Positions 1-8,615 of a DNA stretch of 64,000 bases are shown here, piece by piece. Positions within the stretch are counted from its first letter, which is position 1, and each line of letters starts with the position of its first letter. The stretch comes from Minisyncoccia bacterium (GTDB lineage: Bacteria > Patescibacteriota > Minisyncoccia > Phycocordibacterales > UBA918). The notes under the pieces are model-generated. The model did not search any database. It had not been told where the DNA came from and saw only the letters and a program-made list of their open reading frames with translations. Location of the stretch: the NCBI GenBank assembly GCA_041742075.1, contig JBGSJJ010000013.1:1801-65800 (forward strand), read 5' to 3'. Position numbers and translations under genes: made by a program.

Positions 1-206
1 GTTAGGAAGTCGGCACTGGTGTGTGCGTCTATAACTTCCTTAAAGGCGTACGGCACTGCCATCAGGCACAGGTTCGTGAGAACCAAAAACCCGAGGGCGA
101 TAGTCTGGTGTCGACGACTTTGCATCGACACCATCTCATCCCAAACCCAGCGCAAACCTTCGTAGGTCTCACGGGCACTGATTCGAGCCGAACGGAATAG
201 CTGCAT
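1..206 (-). CDS. ABC-type exporter transmembrane domain, N-terminal part (partial, runs off window start)
   Basis: Minus-strand frame from ATG at 206-204 is open to the window edge. It reads MQLFRSARISARETYEGLRWVWDEMVSMQSRRHQTIALGFLVLTNLCLMAVPYAFKEVIDAHTSADFL, typical of the first TM helix of a type I ABC exporter. A purine-rich AGGAG lies upstream. It is not in the supplied ORF track because it is open at the edge. Confidence 0.35.
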   Translation of the reverse strand, partial: MQLFRSARISARETYEGLRWVWDEMVSMQSRRHQTIALGFLVLTNLCLMAVPYAFKEVIDAHTSADFL

Positions 207-495
207 GTCCTTCGTTCTCCTGTTGTAAAAGAGCTGGTGCACCTGCACCAATGAACTAAAAACGCCTTGTCGGTAGACAAGACGCTTTGATCACATAAGA
301 AAGGAGAAACCTTATATAGTCTGAGCATATTGCCTACACAATTGACGATTCACGAGTGAGAAACCCATGACGTACGGGTTTACACAGGCGATAACTGACG
401 CAATAAAAGCGTCGGTCCATCGCGTTAATTCGGTTGTGTGTGCAATAGTTCGCATACGTATATAATACAAGTATATTATAATATGTCAACAAGCA

Positions 496-526
496 AAAAG
501 CCCGCCGAAAAATTTCGGCGGGCTAC
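496..526. terminator. rho-independent terminator hairpin (gcccgccgaaa / tttcggcgggc)
   Basis: Perfect 11-bp stem with A/T runs on both sides, immediately 3-prime of the minus gene 553-1149. Confidence 0.7.
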
Positions 527-552
527 AGGAGTTTGCTTTAGCTCAATAGAAG

Positions 553-1149
553 CTACTTAAAACAGCCAACAATTTCGTCGGCCAGTCCGACAGTCAAAGC
601 TGCTTCAGCATTGAAAGCTTTTCCTCTTCGAACTGTCTCAAGAACATCGGTAATGTCTGTTTCTCTTTCGATAACGGCTATAAATCGATTGCGCGTATCT
701 TCGATAAATGTTGCCGCTCCTTGGAGAACATCGGTTGTACCTCCGATTCCACTCGTGTTAGAGGGATCATGAAAAATGAAACTCGTATTGCAACCAACCT
801 TGGTGTATCCTCCACTCACGGCTAGGGTAACCCCGGCGGAAGCTATCTTTCCAACTGCCACAATCGTGAGGTGCGCTGGGTCGCCGTAAATCTGTATTGC
901 ATCATACACACCGAGTGCAAAACTTGGGTCACCACCGGCGGTCATCAGCACAACCTCGACATGCTTCTTTTTTGAAAGACACGGCTCTATCACTTCTTTC
1001 ATGAACCAAACGAGCGTTTCTTCGGTTATTGTTGCACTATAGATTTTCGGCTCACCACAGCTGTCAACTTCAGGTTCTGCTGCTTGCAGGGTAGTGACGT
1101 TGGCGCAAAGACCTAGCATGAGAGCAGACAGCAAGAACTTGCTATGCAT
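553..1149 (-). CDS. secreted ClpP-family (S14) serine peptidase-like protein
   Basis: N-terminal signal peptide (MHSKFLLSALMLGLCANVTTLQA). The GKIASAGVTLAVSGG and FIFHDPSNTSGIGG segments resemble the ClpP Ser and His active-site regions. Confidence 0.55.
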   Translation of the reverse strand: MHSKFLLSALMLGLCANVTTLQAAEPEVDSCGEPKIYSATITEETLVWFMKEVIEPCLSKKKHVEVVLMTAGGDPSFALGVYDAIQIYGDPAHLTIVAVGKIASAGVTLAVSGGYTKVGCNTSFIFHDPSNTSGIGGTTDVLQGAATFIEDTRNRFIAVIERETDITDVLETVRRGKAFNAEAALTVGLADEIVGCFK

Positions 1150-1261
1150 CGCATATTCCTTTCTTGGGTTAAAGACCTAGTATTAAAAAGTAACTGTAGT
1201 AGAAAAAACAACTTTGTCAATTTAGGCACCAATATACCTGTGGTGTAGTATCCTATACTCT

Positions 1262-2605
1262 ATGACACCTCAAGAAAACAGAAAGACTTTTTACAATCTC
1301 CTCGGCAATACGCTGATTGCTTCAATTACAAATACCTTCGTGTGGTTTGCGATTACCTTTTGGGTATTTATTGAAACGCAGTCTGTTCTGGCGACCTCGT
1401 ATATTGCAGGGACGTTTGCTGTACTCAATATGCTGTCGGCACTCTTTTTTGGCACCATTGTTGATCATAACCGTAAGAAGACGGCCATGCTCTACTCGAG
1501 TGTTACCTCGCTTATCTTTTACTGTCTGGGAGCGGGTATTTACTTTGGAAGTGAACCGGCAGTGTTTTTAGAGACGACCTCGCTTACGCTCTGGGCACTC
1601 ATCATTACTCTCATGATTGGAAGTGTGGCAGGAAACCTCCGCATGATTGCTCTTTCAACAGCCGTATCACTTCTGTTTACCGAAGGTAAGGATAAAGCCA
1701 ACGGTTTGATTGGAACCGTGACCGGTATCTCTTTTGCCGTCACTTCAATCATCAGTGGACTCACAATTGGCTTCCTTGGAATGGGAGTAGCCATTATTGG
1801 TACACTGGTGGCGACAGTGCTTTCCCTTGCCCACCTACTGTTTATATCGTTACCTGAACCCGAAATACTTCATACTGAAGAAGCGCCAAAGAAGATGGAC
1901 GTGCGTGGCACAATCGCAATTCTCGTTGGTATCCCAGGTATTTTTACCCTTATCTTCTTTACTACATTCAACAACTTTCTCGGTGGCGTCTTTATGGCAC
2001 TGATGGACGCCTATGGACTCTCACTCATGAGCGTACAGGCCTGGGGACTCATGCTTTCACTTTTAAGCTTTGGTTTTATTTTTGGGAGTGCCTTCATCGC
2101 TAAATACGGACTTGGGAAGAACCCGCTGAAGCGAATGCTTATGGTGAACGTCATCACCTGGGCCACCTGTATCTTCTTTACCATTCAACCGTCAATCATC
2201 TTGCTGGGACTCGGTATGCTCATCTGGATGTCACTGGTGCCGTTTGTGGAAGCAGCTGAACATACCGTGATTCAAAAAGTCGTTCCGTATGAACGGCAAG
2301 GGCGGGTGTTTGGGTTTGCACTCAGTGTTGAGTCGGCAGCCTCACCTATTACTACCTTCCTGATTGGTCCGATTGCCCAGTTTATCTTTATCCCGTTTAT
2401 GACAACCGGTGCCGGTGTACTTCTGATTGGCGACTGGTTCGGGGTCGGAGCAAACCGCGGTATCGCGCTGGTGTTTATCATTGCTGGCTTTATTGGACTC
2501 TGTGTCACGCTCCTGGCATTCCATTCACGTGCCTACAAACTACTCTCCCGCTACTTTACCGAAGACTCACCGACTACAGAACCAGCACCAGTTGCGGTAC
2601 AATAG
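1262..2605 (+). CDS. MFS transporter (12 predicted TM helices)
   Basis: 447 aa, hydrophobic throughout, with MFS-like loop motifs (DHNRKKTAMLY after TM2). Confidence 0.7.
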   Translation: MTPQENRKTFYNLLGNTLIASITNTFVWFAITFWVFIETQSVLATSYIAGTFAVLNMLSALFFGTIVDHNRKKTAMLYSSVTSLIFYCLGAGIYFGSEPAVFLETTSLTLWALIITLMIGSVAGNLRMIALSTAVSLLFTEGKDKANGLIGTVTGISFAVTSIISGLTIGFLGMGVAIIGTLVATVLSLAHLLFISLPEPEILHTEEAPKKMDVRGTIAILVGIPGIFTLIFFTTFNNFLGGVFMALMDAYGLSLMSVQAWGLMLSLLSFGFIFGSAFIAKYGLGKNPLKRMLMVNVITWATCIFFTIQPSIILLGLGMLIWMSLVPFVEAAEHTVIQKVVPYERQGRVFGFALSVESAASPITTFLIGPIAQFIFIPFMTTGAGVLLIGDWFGVGANRGIALVFIIAGFIGLCVTLLAFHSRAYKLLSRYFTEDSPTTEPAPVAVQ

Positions 2606-2849
2606 CGGACGGAAGTCCTTCACTACGGAGAAACATAGTGGGCAACTCTCAAAAATCCCTTGCTGAACGAATCGCCTTCTGCACCGACAATCCCGGCACC
2701 TGCTGTGTTCCACCTGACCCTCAGCAAGGTGACGAATTCTTGTTCCCGAGTGGTACGGGACGAGGACTGACCGAGACTGGAGAAATTTTCGCTCTCGCAC
2801 CAAGCGAATACGTGAAATGGTCCTGGCCGAAGAAGCACAAGAACTGAAA

Positions 2850-2878
2850 TGCCGGACGTCCCCCACAGGGACGTCCGG
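2850..2878. terminator. bidirectional terminator hairpin (gccggacgtccc / gggacgtccggc)
   Basis: 12-bp perfect stem between convergent genes 1262-2605 (+) and 2909-4120 (-). Confidence 0.65.
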
Positions 2879-2908
2879 CACATTCTGTATCTACGTTTTA
2901 CAATTCAG

Positions 2909-4120
2909 CTACTTAATCACACTGGCTACCGCCTTCACCAAACCCGGTGTCATGACGCGCGGAATTACCTCTTCCGCTGTTGGCTTACGCACCAAACTCG
3001 CCAACTTCCTTGCAGCGGCAAGTTTCATTTCGTCGGTAATTGCGGTCACTCCTCTATCAAGTGCGCCACGGAAAATACCAGGAAACACCAGTGAATTATT
3101 GACCTGGTTAGGGTAGTCACTTCGGCCGGTAGCAACCACTGCTGCCCCGGCAAGCTTAGCGTCTTCAGGCTTAATCTCTGGCACTGGGTTAGCAAGCGCG
3201 AACACAATCGGCTGAGGTGCCATCTTTTCAATATGGTGCTTCGAGATAGTACCTGGCCCAGATACGCCAATAATCACGTCGGCTCCATCAACCGCCTCGA
3301 GTACCTGACCTTGTCTTCGATGTCGGTTCGTTACTTTAGCCAGTTCCTTTTTGTACGCAATAAGTCCACTGCGTCCTTCGTAAATAATTCCGTTACTGTC
3401 AGTCACAATTACTTCTTCTACACCCGCCTTAAGGAGAAGGAGCGCAATCGCTCGACCGGCTGCGCCAGCCCCCACAATCACGACCCGAAGTTTTTCAAAC
3501 TTCTTCCCGACCACCTTAGCTGAGTTTAAGAGGCCGGCGAGCACCACAACTGCCGTACCGTGCTGATCGTCATGCATCACCGGTATGGTGAGTTCAGCCT
3601 TTAATCGTTCTTCTATTTCAAAACAGCGTGGTGCAGAAATATCTTCCAAGTTGATGCCACCAAAACCAGGTGCAATTGCTTTCACTACTTTTATAATCTC
3701 TTCGGTGTTTTGTGTATCGAGGACTATTGGAAAGGCGTCGACATCAGCCATGGTTTTAAATATGGCGCACTTACCTTCCATTACTGGCAGGGCGGCAATC
3801 GGACCGAGGTTACCAAGACCAAGAATAGCCGAGCCGTCTGAGATAACTGCAACCGTGTTCCGCTTAATCGTGTACTCACGTGCATCTCGCGGAAACTTAC
3901 CCAAGTGAACCGAGACTGCGCCGACACCGGGACTGTACATCGTACTCCAGTCGTCACGCGTCTCGAGCTTCCCTTTACTGACGACTTCTAGTTTTCCATG
4001 GAGCTTCTTGTGAAGTGCGAGCGCCAGTTTGTTGTAGTCTTTTTTTGCTACTGTCGGCGCTTTTTTGGCAGGAGTCTTTTTTACGACCGCTTTTTTTGGG
4101 CTGATTTTCTTTGGTGTCAT
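2909..4120 (-). CDS. maeA: NAD(P)-dependent malic enzyme with N-terminal Lys/Ala/Pro-rich histone-H1-like tail
   Basis: Malic-enzyme core is recognisable (ETRDDWSTMYSPGVGA, the Rossmann segment VVIVGAGAAGRAIA, VFANPVPE). The likely start is MTPKKISPKKAVVKKTPAKKAPTVAKKD at 4120. The longer ORF to 4252 adds an implausible hydrophobic leader. Confidence 0.8.
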   Translation of the reverse strand: MTPKKISPKKAVVKKTPAKKAPTVAKKDYNKLALALHKKLHGKLEVVSKGKLETRDDWSTMYSPGVGAVSVHLGKFPRDAREYTIKRNTVAVISDGSAILGLGNLGPIAALPVMEGKCAIFKTMADVDAFPIVLDTQNTEEIIKVVKAIAPGFGGINLEDISAPRCFEIEERLKAELTIPVMHDDQHGTAVVVLAGLLNSAKVVGKKFEKLRVVIVGAGAAGRAIALLLLKAGVEEVIVTDSNGIIYEGRSGLIAYKKELAKVTNRHRRQGQVLEAVDGADVIIGVSGPGTISKHHIEKMAPQPIVFALANPVPEIKPEDAKLAGAAVVATGRSDYPNQVNNSLVFPGIFRGALDRGVTAITDEMKLAAARKLASLVRKPTAEEVIPRVMTPGLVKAVASVIK

Positions 4121-4286
4121 AACGTAGGTTTGAGCATTGATAAATATCGAACTAGTATACAAGAGTGTGGGGCTGAGAAAAAGAAAAAGCCCCGAAGGTG
4201 GGGCCTGGTCAGCTGGTGACCATGAAAGGTTCGCTCTGTGGAGCAGTGCCACTTACCGTGGTTGCTCGCCGATGTCGGTGTCGGGT

Positions 4287-4421
4287 TCAGCAGATGTCCC
4301 AGCCGTCGTGGCAGCGGATGTCGCCGCCTTCCTCGAGCTTGCCGCTGCCGTGTTCGCCATGCTCGTGCGCGCCGTCGTAGCCGAGGTGCGTGCCGGTCGG
4401 GTCGTGGTTCTTCGTCACCAT
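4287..4421 (-). CDS. small His/Gly/Asp-rich protein (44 aa): MVTKNHDPTGTHLGYDGAHEHGEHGSGKLEEGGDIRCHDGWDIC
   Basis: Strong RBS (AAGGAG, 6 nt spacer). Upstream candidate promoter TTGCAA-16nt-TAGTAT. About 65% GC in a 45% GC neighbourhood. It is below the 60-aa cut-off of the ORF track. Confidence 0.4.
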   Translation of the reverse strand: MVTKNHDPTGTHLGYDGAHEHGEHGSGKLEEGGDIRCHDGWDIC

Positions 4422-4546
4422 CAGTGCTCTCCTTCTAGGATGAGCGCTCTCGGAACAGCCGAGCTCTGCCCAGACGTTGGGGGATACTACATACTCAGAC
4501 TTTATTTATACTAGCGTGAAACTATAGATTTGCAAACATCCGTGTA

Positions 4547-4583
4547 GAGAAAAGAGCGGTCACTTATGACCGCTCTTTTCTTT
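4547..4583. terminator. terminator hairpin (aaaagagcggtca / tgaccgctctttt)
   Basis: 13-bp stem plus T-run, 3-prime of minus gene 4627-5097. Confidence 0.7.
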
Positions 4584-4626
4584 ACATTTGTATATGAGCC
4601 AATCAATTGCTCATCTTGAAAACAAC

Positions 4627-5097
4627 TTACTCTAACCACTCACCCGCTACCCAACCAGCTAGACCTGAGTCGAACGTAACCTGGTGCCAGGTGTAGTCAC
4701 TAAACACAATTGGTACACCCACTACGGTAGCGACCATGCCTGGAGTGACTTGTCCGACTTTGTCAGTGAGCACTGATGGTGAGAGGCGAACATTGAGAAC
4801 GGCTGTTACTGTTTTTGTATTTGTACTAGGTGGAAGCTCTGTTTCGACAACCATGGTGGGATCAACGGGATCAACCGCTTCATCAGCACTCACGCCGAGT
4901 ACAGACTCTCCAAACACTGGATCAGCTGAGTTTGACGTTGAAGCCCCGAGCACAGCCGGCAAAACTACAGTCACTGGGTCCACTTCACTGACCGGGTCAG
5001 CTGACTGTGCTTCGGCAAAGGAAACCAAAGAAAACATTATGGCTGTGAGTACAATTGCTCCAAAGATAGCTCGAAAAAAAGTGTTTACTAAAGTCAT
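4627..5097 (-). CDS. secreted protein with C-terminal bacterial SH3 (SH3b) domain
   Basis: Signal/TM segment (AIFGAIVLTAIMFSLVSFAEA). C-terminal LNVRLSPSVLTDKVGQVTPGMVATVVG...GWVAGEWL matches the SH3_3 pattern. Confidence 0.55.
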   Translation of the reverse strand: MTLVNTFFRAIFGAIVLTAIMFSLVSFAEAQSADPVSEVDPVTVVLPAVLGASTSNSADPVFGESVLGVSADEAVDPVDPTMVVETELPPSTNTKTVTAVLNVRLSPSVLTDKVGQVTPGMVATVVGVPIVFSDYTWHQVTFDSGLAGWVAGEWLE

Positions 5098-5264
5098 AGC
5101 TTTGCAAATTATAAATGATTATCTTGTAAGTATACGCAAGATACTCTAAGTCGCAACAGCAGTGAATGTAAATGGGAATATATAAATATTACTGCTCATA
5201 CAGTCACCATAAGCGGATAGTGCGAGCCTCTTTGAGGACGCAAACGAAGTCAGTTATTATTCGA

Positions 5265-5298
5265 AATAAAAAACGGGCGGGGACTATGTCCCCGCCCG
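5265..5298. terminator. terminator hairpin (gggcgggga / tccccgccc)
   Basis: GC stem with flanking A/T runs, 3-prime of minus gene 5333-6163. Confidence 0.65.
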
Positions 5299-5332
5299 CA
5301 GTCCACCAACGAGGGTGGATATTGCTCATGTA

Positions 5333-6163
5333 CTACAAGATGAACTCGTCAAAAATTGCCATGGAGGGCTCAACGAAGGCGCTGTAGCCTCCCTTGAACA
5401 TGTACCCTGCAAAGTCCGCTTCGACGTGGACAATTTCACCGTTTTCACCCTGGAACCAGAGTTCATCCAGAGAAATTGTGTGGACCTTCATGTGCGAAAG
5501 GTAGAAATGCGGATCTTTTGCATACGACCATGAAACGAGCTCGACGTCGCCCAGTTCACGGAAGTCAAAACGATCGCCTTCTTCCATGTCGAAGTCTTGG
5601 ATCGTAACCGAAGCCCCGGCCTTGACTTTGAACACATCGGAACCCTGACCACCCCAGCCCTGATCGCCCTCACTCATGAGCAAGGAATCATTGCCTTCGT
5701 TGCCATACAGTAGGTCACGACCCTTCCCGCCAACAAGGTCGTCTCGCCCGGCACCGCCCCGCAAGAGGTCGTTACCAGCTCGACCATAGAGAGTGTCGGA
5801 ACCCTGACCACCGGTCAGATTGTCCCCGCTACTGGTTCCTCGTAAATCGAGGTCGACCACGACCCGTTCAAAGGTAGCGGTTCTAACTTCGCGCACGAGA
5901 TAATCAGCGGCATCACTTTGGTTCGGTCGCAGGGTAGTGACAACAGGATCGCCACCACCTTTACTCCCATAGGCTTCAAGCTGGTACATCATCTCTTCCC
6001 GCAAATGCGGAGTGTTGATGATGGTCTCTCGGTCAAGCTCATTTGGATCACTACTGACCGCCGGGATGTTATCGAGCGGTCCATCGTCCTGCCTGGGAGG
6101 TTGCGTGATCGAGCGATAGACGCCCACAACACCAGACCAAAGTGTACTTAGAGGATTAGCCAT
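5333..6163 (-). CDS. RTX (hemolysin-type calcium-binding, GGxGxDxL nonapeptide) repeat protein
   Basis: LTGGQGSDTLYGRAGNDLLRGGAGRDDLVGGKGRDLLYGNEGNDSLL is a run of tandem RTX nonapeptides. No N-terminal signal peptide. GC-rich gene. Confidence 0.75.
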   Translation of the reverse strand: MANPLSTLWSGVVGVYRSITQPPRQDDGPLDNIPAVSSDPNELDRETIINTPHLREEMMYQLEAYGSKGGGDPVVTTLRPNQSDAADYLVREVRTATFERVVVDLDLRGTSSGDNLTGGQGSDTLYGRAGNDLLRGGAGRDDLVGGKGRDLLYGNEGNDSLLMSEGDQGWGGQGSDVFKVKAGASVTIQDFDMEEGDRFDFRELGDVELVSWSYAKDPHFYLSHMKVHTISLDELWFQGENGEIVHVEADFAGYMFKGGYSAFVEPSMAIFDEFIL

Positions 6164-6332
6164 GTCTTAGTTTCCTTAGGTTGAGCCTCGCGCCCTTCCC
6201 AGAGAAACCTACGTCTCCACTCGTACTAAACATTTTCCCCCGTACGAGCAGGTAATACTTATAACATAAAAAATAGCGCAGTCAAGGGAATTCCCCGACT
6301 GCGCCGTGAGCTCACTTGAGCACGTTGATGAA

Positions 6333-6941
6333 CTAGAACATGAGGTCGGCCGGTTCCTGAATCAGCCGAGCGTCTGCAAAAAGCGACTCGACAAATGCTT
6401 CGCCTCTCACTTCAGAGACACCACCGTTCTTATCTTCGAAAATCATTCGATCGAACAGACCATTGCCGTTGGTATCGAGAAGTCTACTCCTTTCGAGCTT
6501 AGACCCCGGTTTAAAAAAGAAAGTATCACCGACATCAGCATGGAATACGTCCCGCTCGCCAGACCTCGGCTCAAAGACACACGTGTCGTCACCCAGACCA
6601 CCGAAGATGGTGTCACTCCCGCCGTCACCGAAGAAGATGTCCTTACCCAGACCACCGAAAAGACGATCGTTACCTCCCCCGCCGTAGATTTCGTCATCGC
6701 CAGCGTCACCAAGAAGATTGTCGTTGCCGCTACCGCCCTGGAGACGGTCATTTCCGAAACCACCATAAAGGCGGTCGTTGCCTCGATTACCGAAGAGAAA
6801 ATCAACGCCATCTTCGCCATAGAGGGTATCGTCTGCACCTCCACCATAGAGGGTGTCGTCGCCGACCCTACCGAAGACAGTGTCGTCTCCTCCCCTGGCT
6901 CGGAAGAAGTCGTCTCGACTGGTGCCAATGATCGTGGCCAT
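6333..6941 (-). CDS. RTX calcium-binding repeat protein (second copy)
   Basis: About 12 consecutive GxGxDxL repeats (GGDDTVFGRVGDDTLYGGGADDTLYGEDGVDFLFGNRGNDRLYGGFGNDRLQGGSGNDNLLGDAGDDEIYGGGGNDRLFGG...). Its upstream leader resembles that of 5333-6163. Confidence 0.75.
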   Translation of the reverse strand: MATIIGTSRDDFFRARGGDDTVFGRVGDDTLYGGGADDTLYGEDGVDFLFGNRGNDRLYGGFGNDRLQGGSGNDNLLGDAGDDEIYGGGGNDRLFGGLGKDIFFGDGGSDTIFGGLGDDTCVFEPRSGERDVFHADVGDTFFFKPGSKLERSRLLDTNGNGLFDRMIFEDKNGGVSEVRGEAFVESLFADARLIQEPADLMF

Positions 6942-7211
6942 GTCTTATCCCTTCGTTTGAGCGCCCATTGCGCCGTGCAGGATAGTACCTTACATTTTAA
7001 AAAAGTCCATAATTAGAGGTCCGTATAGTGAAAATATAGCTTTGTCTTTGACTGAGAGAATCACCTTGCACGGATAGGGCGGAGCTCCCACAAGACGCCA
7101 AGCGTCATTTCTCCTTGCGAAGTCGAAAATACTGAGCGTCGACATAAAGAAAAAGGCGTGGCCGAGGGGTGTTACCCTCGCCCACGCCATGGAACCGAAG
7201 TTCGCTCTGGA

Positions 7212-7997
7212 TCAGACTGCTGTCGCCAGATTGACGACGTTGATGCACTCTGCCTCGACCTTCTTGAGACGGCTTGCGCCCTTCTCAAGAAGACCCAGGA
7301 TGTAGCCTCCCTGGTTGGGGAGCTCCGTTGCCACCTGCGCGAGACCCTCTTTGGGTCCGAGCTGAAGCAGTGCGCGAGTCTCCGTCGGTGAGAAAATCGG
7401 CGCGAGGATGCGCTGACCTCCTACCAGGAAGATGCCAATCCGCTTCGACTCCGGCCGAGTCAGCACTTCCTTGGTCGAAGCGACGGCCGTGACCGCCGTG
7501 ACCGGAGCCACGGGGACGGAACGATTGGACTGTCCGCCTTCCTGCTCCAGCATGACCGGGGTCACTCTGGCGGAACGCTTGGGCTGTCCGCCTTTCTTCT
7601 CGACCACGAAGTGCTCGAGTGCCTCCTCCCACTCTCCCGATTCGGGATTCAGAGAGAAGAGGACGCAGGGCGTCCCTTCTTCCAAACACTCCCACTCAGA
7701 GCCGGAGACCGGAAGGCCCTTCCAGACCTTGCTGTCACTGTCCCGTACGTAGACCGGCTCGCGTGAACGAATCAGTTGCCGACGGATTTCACGGGCCGCT
7801 TTCTTGTCCGCGACCCGTTCTTCGCTGGCGCGCCGCTCTTCGAAGAGCTCAGTGGCCGATTTGGCCACCATGATGGACTCACGATAGAGCGAGCGCACCT
7901 TGGCGACTGGACCTCTCGGACCAATCAAGTCAATCACGAGCTCGTAACGCTCGCCGACGACCAGATCGAGTTCGGGAGGAATGCCCTTTTCGTGCAC
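7212..7997 (-). CDS. hypothetical protein (GC-rich; GTG start), in the same frame as the upstream cold-shock-domain ORF and separated from it only by TGA
   Basis: Long open frame with an internal approximate repeat (EKKGGQPKRSARVTP / EQEGGQSNRSVPVAP). It may be the C-terminal part of a disrupted or read-through gene. Confidence 0.4.
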   Translation of the reverse strand: MHEKGIPPELDLVVGERYELVIDLIGPRGPVAKVRSLYRESIMVAKSATELFEERRASEERVADKKAAREIRRQLIRSREPVYVRDSDSKVWKGLPVSGSEWECLEEGTPCVLFSLNPESGEWEEALEHFVVEKKGGQPKRSARVTPVMLEQEGGQSNRSVPVAPVTAVTAVASTKEVLTRPESKRIGIFLVGGQRILAPIFSPTETRALLQLGPKEGLAQVATELPNQGGYILGLLEKGASRLKKVEAECINVVNLATAV

Positions 7998-8033
7998 GAA
8001 GAGATCGCGTCCGTTCGAGCGACTGAAGAAGCC

Positions 8034-8516
8034 TCAGGTCGGCATCTTTGTATCGAAGCCACACTTGTACGTGGCGATGATGATGTCGCCGACCTTGATT
8101 TGACCAATGCGATTGGTCTTCTCGGGATCTTCGTGCTCGATGTCCGGCAGGCGAACCAGCTCAGGCCGACGCACCTTGATGCGTCTGGATTTCGCGGGCA
8201 CAGTTTTTGCCGGGGTCGCTCCTTCCGCCACCGTGGCGAGCTTGTCGCCGATACGGTGGATAGCAACGGCCTTGCCTTTGCCGTCGTCGTCGAGATCGTA
8301 GTCGATTTCGGCCATGACTCCCGGCGCCATATCGGCCGTCGTGAAGCCGAATTTCGCCAGCGTCGTCTCGTGGACAAACCCGTTGGGCATGCCCCAGAGC
8401 GTGAAAAAGCCGAAGCCTTTGCCCGCATTGAAGAATTTGACGACGGCGCTGATGTTGGTGAAATCAGCGACGGCCTGTTCCTGGTCGTTGTTTCCGACGT
8501 GAAAAGCTGCGTTCAT
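8034..8516 (-). CDS. cold-shock domain (CspA-like) protein with C-terminal extension
   Basis: VKFFNAGKGFGFF is the canonical CSD RNP1 motif. The ORF ends at a TGA that is in frame with ORF 7212-7997. Confidence 0.65.
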   Translation of the reverse strand: MNAAFHVGNNDQEQAVADFTNISAVVKFFNAGKGFGFFTLWGMPNGFVHETTLAKFGFTTADMAPGVMAEIDYDLDDDGKGKAVAIHRIGDKLATVAEGATPAKTVPAKSRRIKVRRPELVRLPDIEHEDPEKTNRIGQIKVGDIIIATYKCGFDTKMPT

Positions 8517-8615
8517 CGCTTCGGTCTCCCTGTGAGCCTACGAGTGTGCCATTACACCATGTAACGAACTCCACTTTTACTATATTAGCACACTTTATAG
8601 TAAAAGTCAATATTA

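Noticed and set aside
62-328. ORF 62-328 (-), 88 aa
   Set aside because: No RBS, odd Cys/Arg-rich composition. It overlaps a better frame, the partial ABC exporter N-terminus from ATG 206.
2638-2847. 69-aa ORF with GTG start between the MFS and malic-enzyme genes
   Set aside because: Weak RBS and GTG start. It could be a real small protein but the evidence is insufficient, so it is left uncalled.
4137-4514. Plus-strand ORFs 4137-4514, 4198-4380, 4238-4438 over the GC-rich patch
   Set aside because: They are Arg/Ala-rich with no RBS, typical of antisense frames in GC-rich DNA. The minus-strand 44-aa gene with a strong RBS explains the region better.
6306-7016. ORF 6306-7016 (+) and 6443-6928 (-) overlapping the second RTX gene
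   Set aside because: They are alternate or antisense frames of a repetitive GC-rich gene. Only the 6333-6941 frame gives canonical GGxGxD repeats.
7776-8564. ORF 7776-8564 (+), 262 aa
   Set aside because: Antisense to the cold-shock-domain gene, Arg/Asp-rich composition, no RBS.
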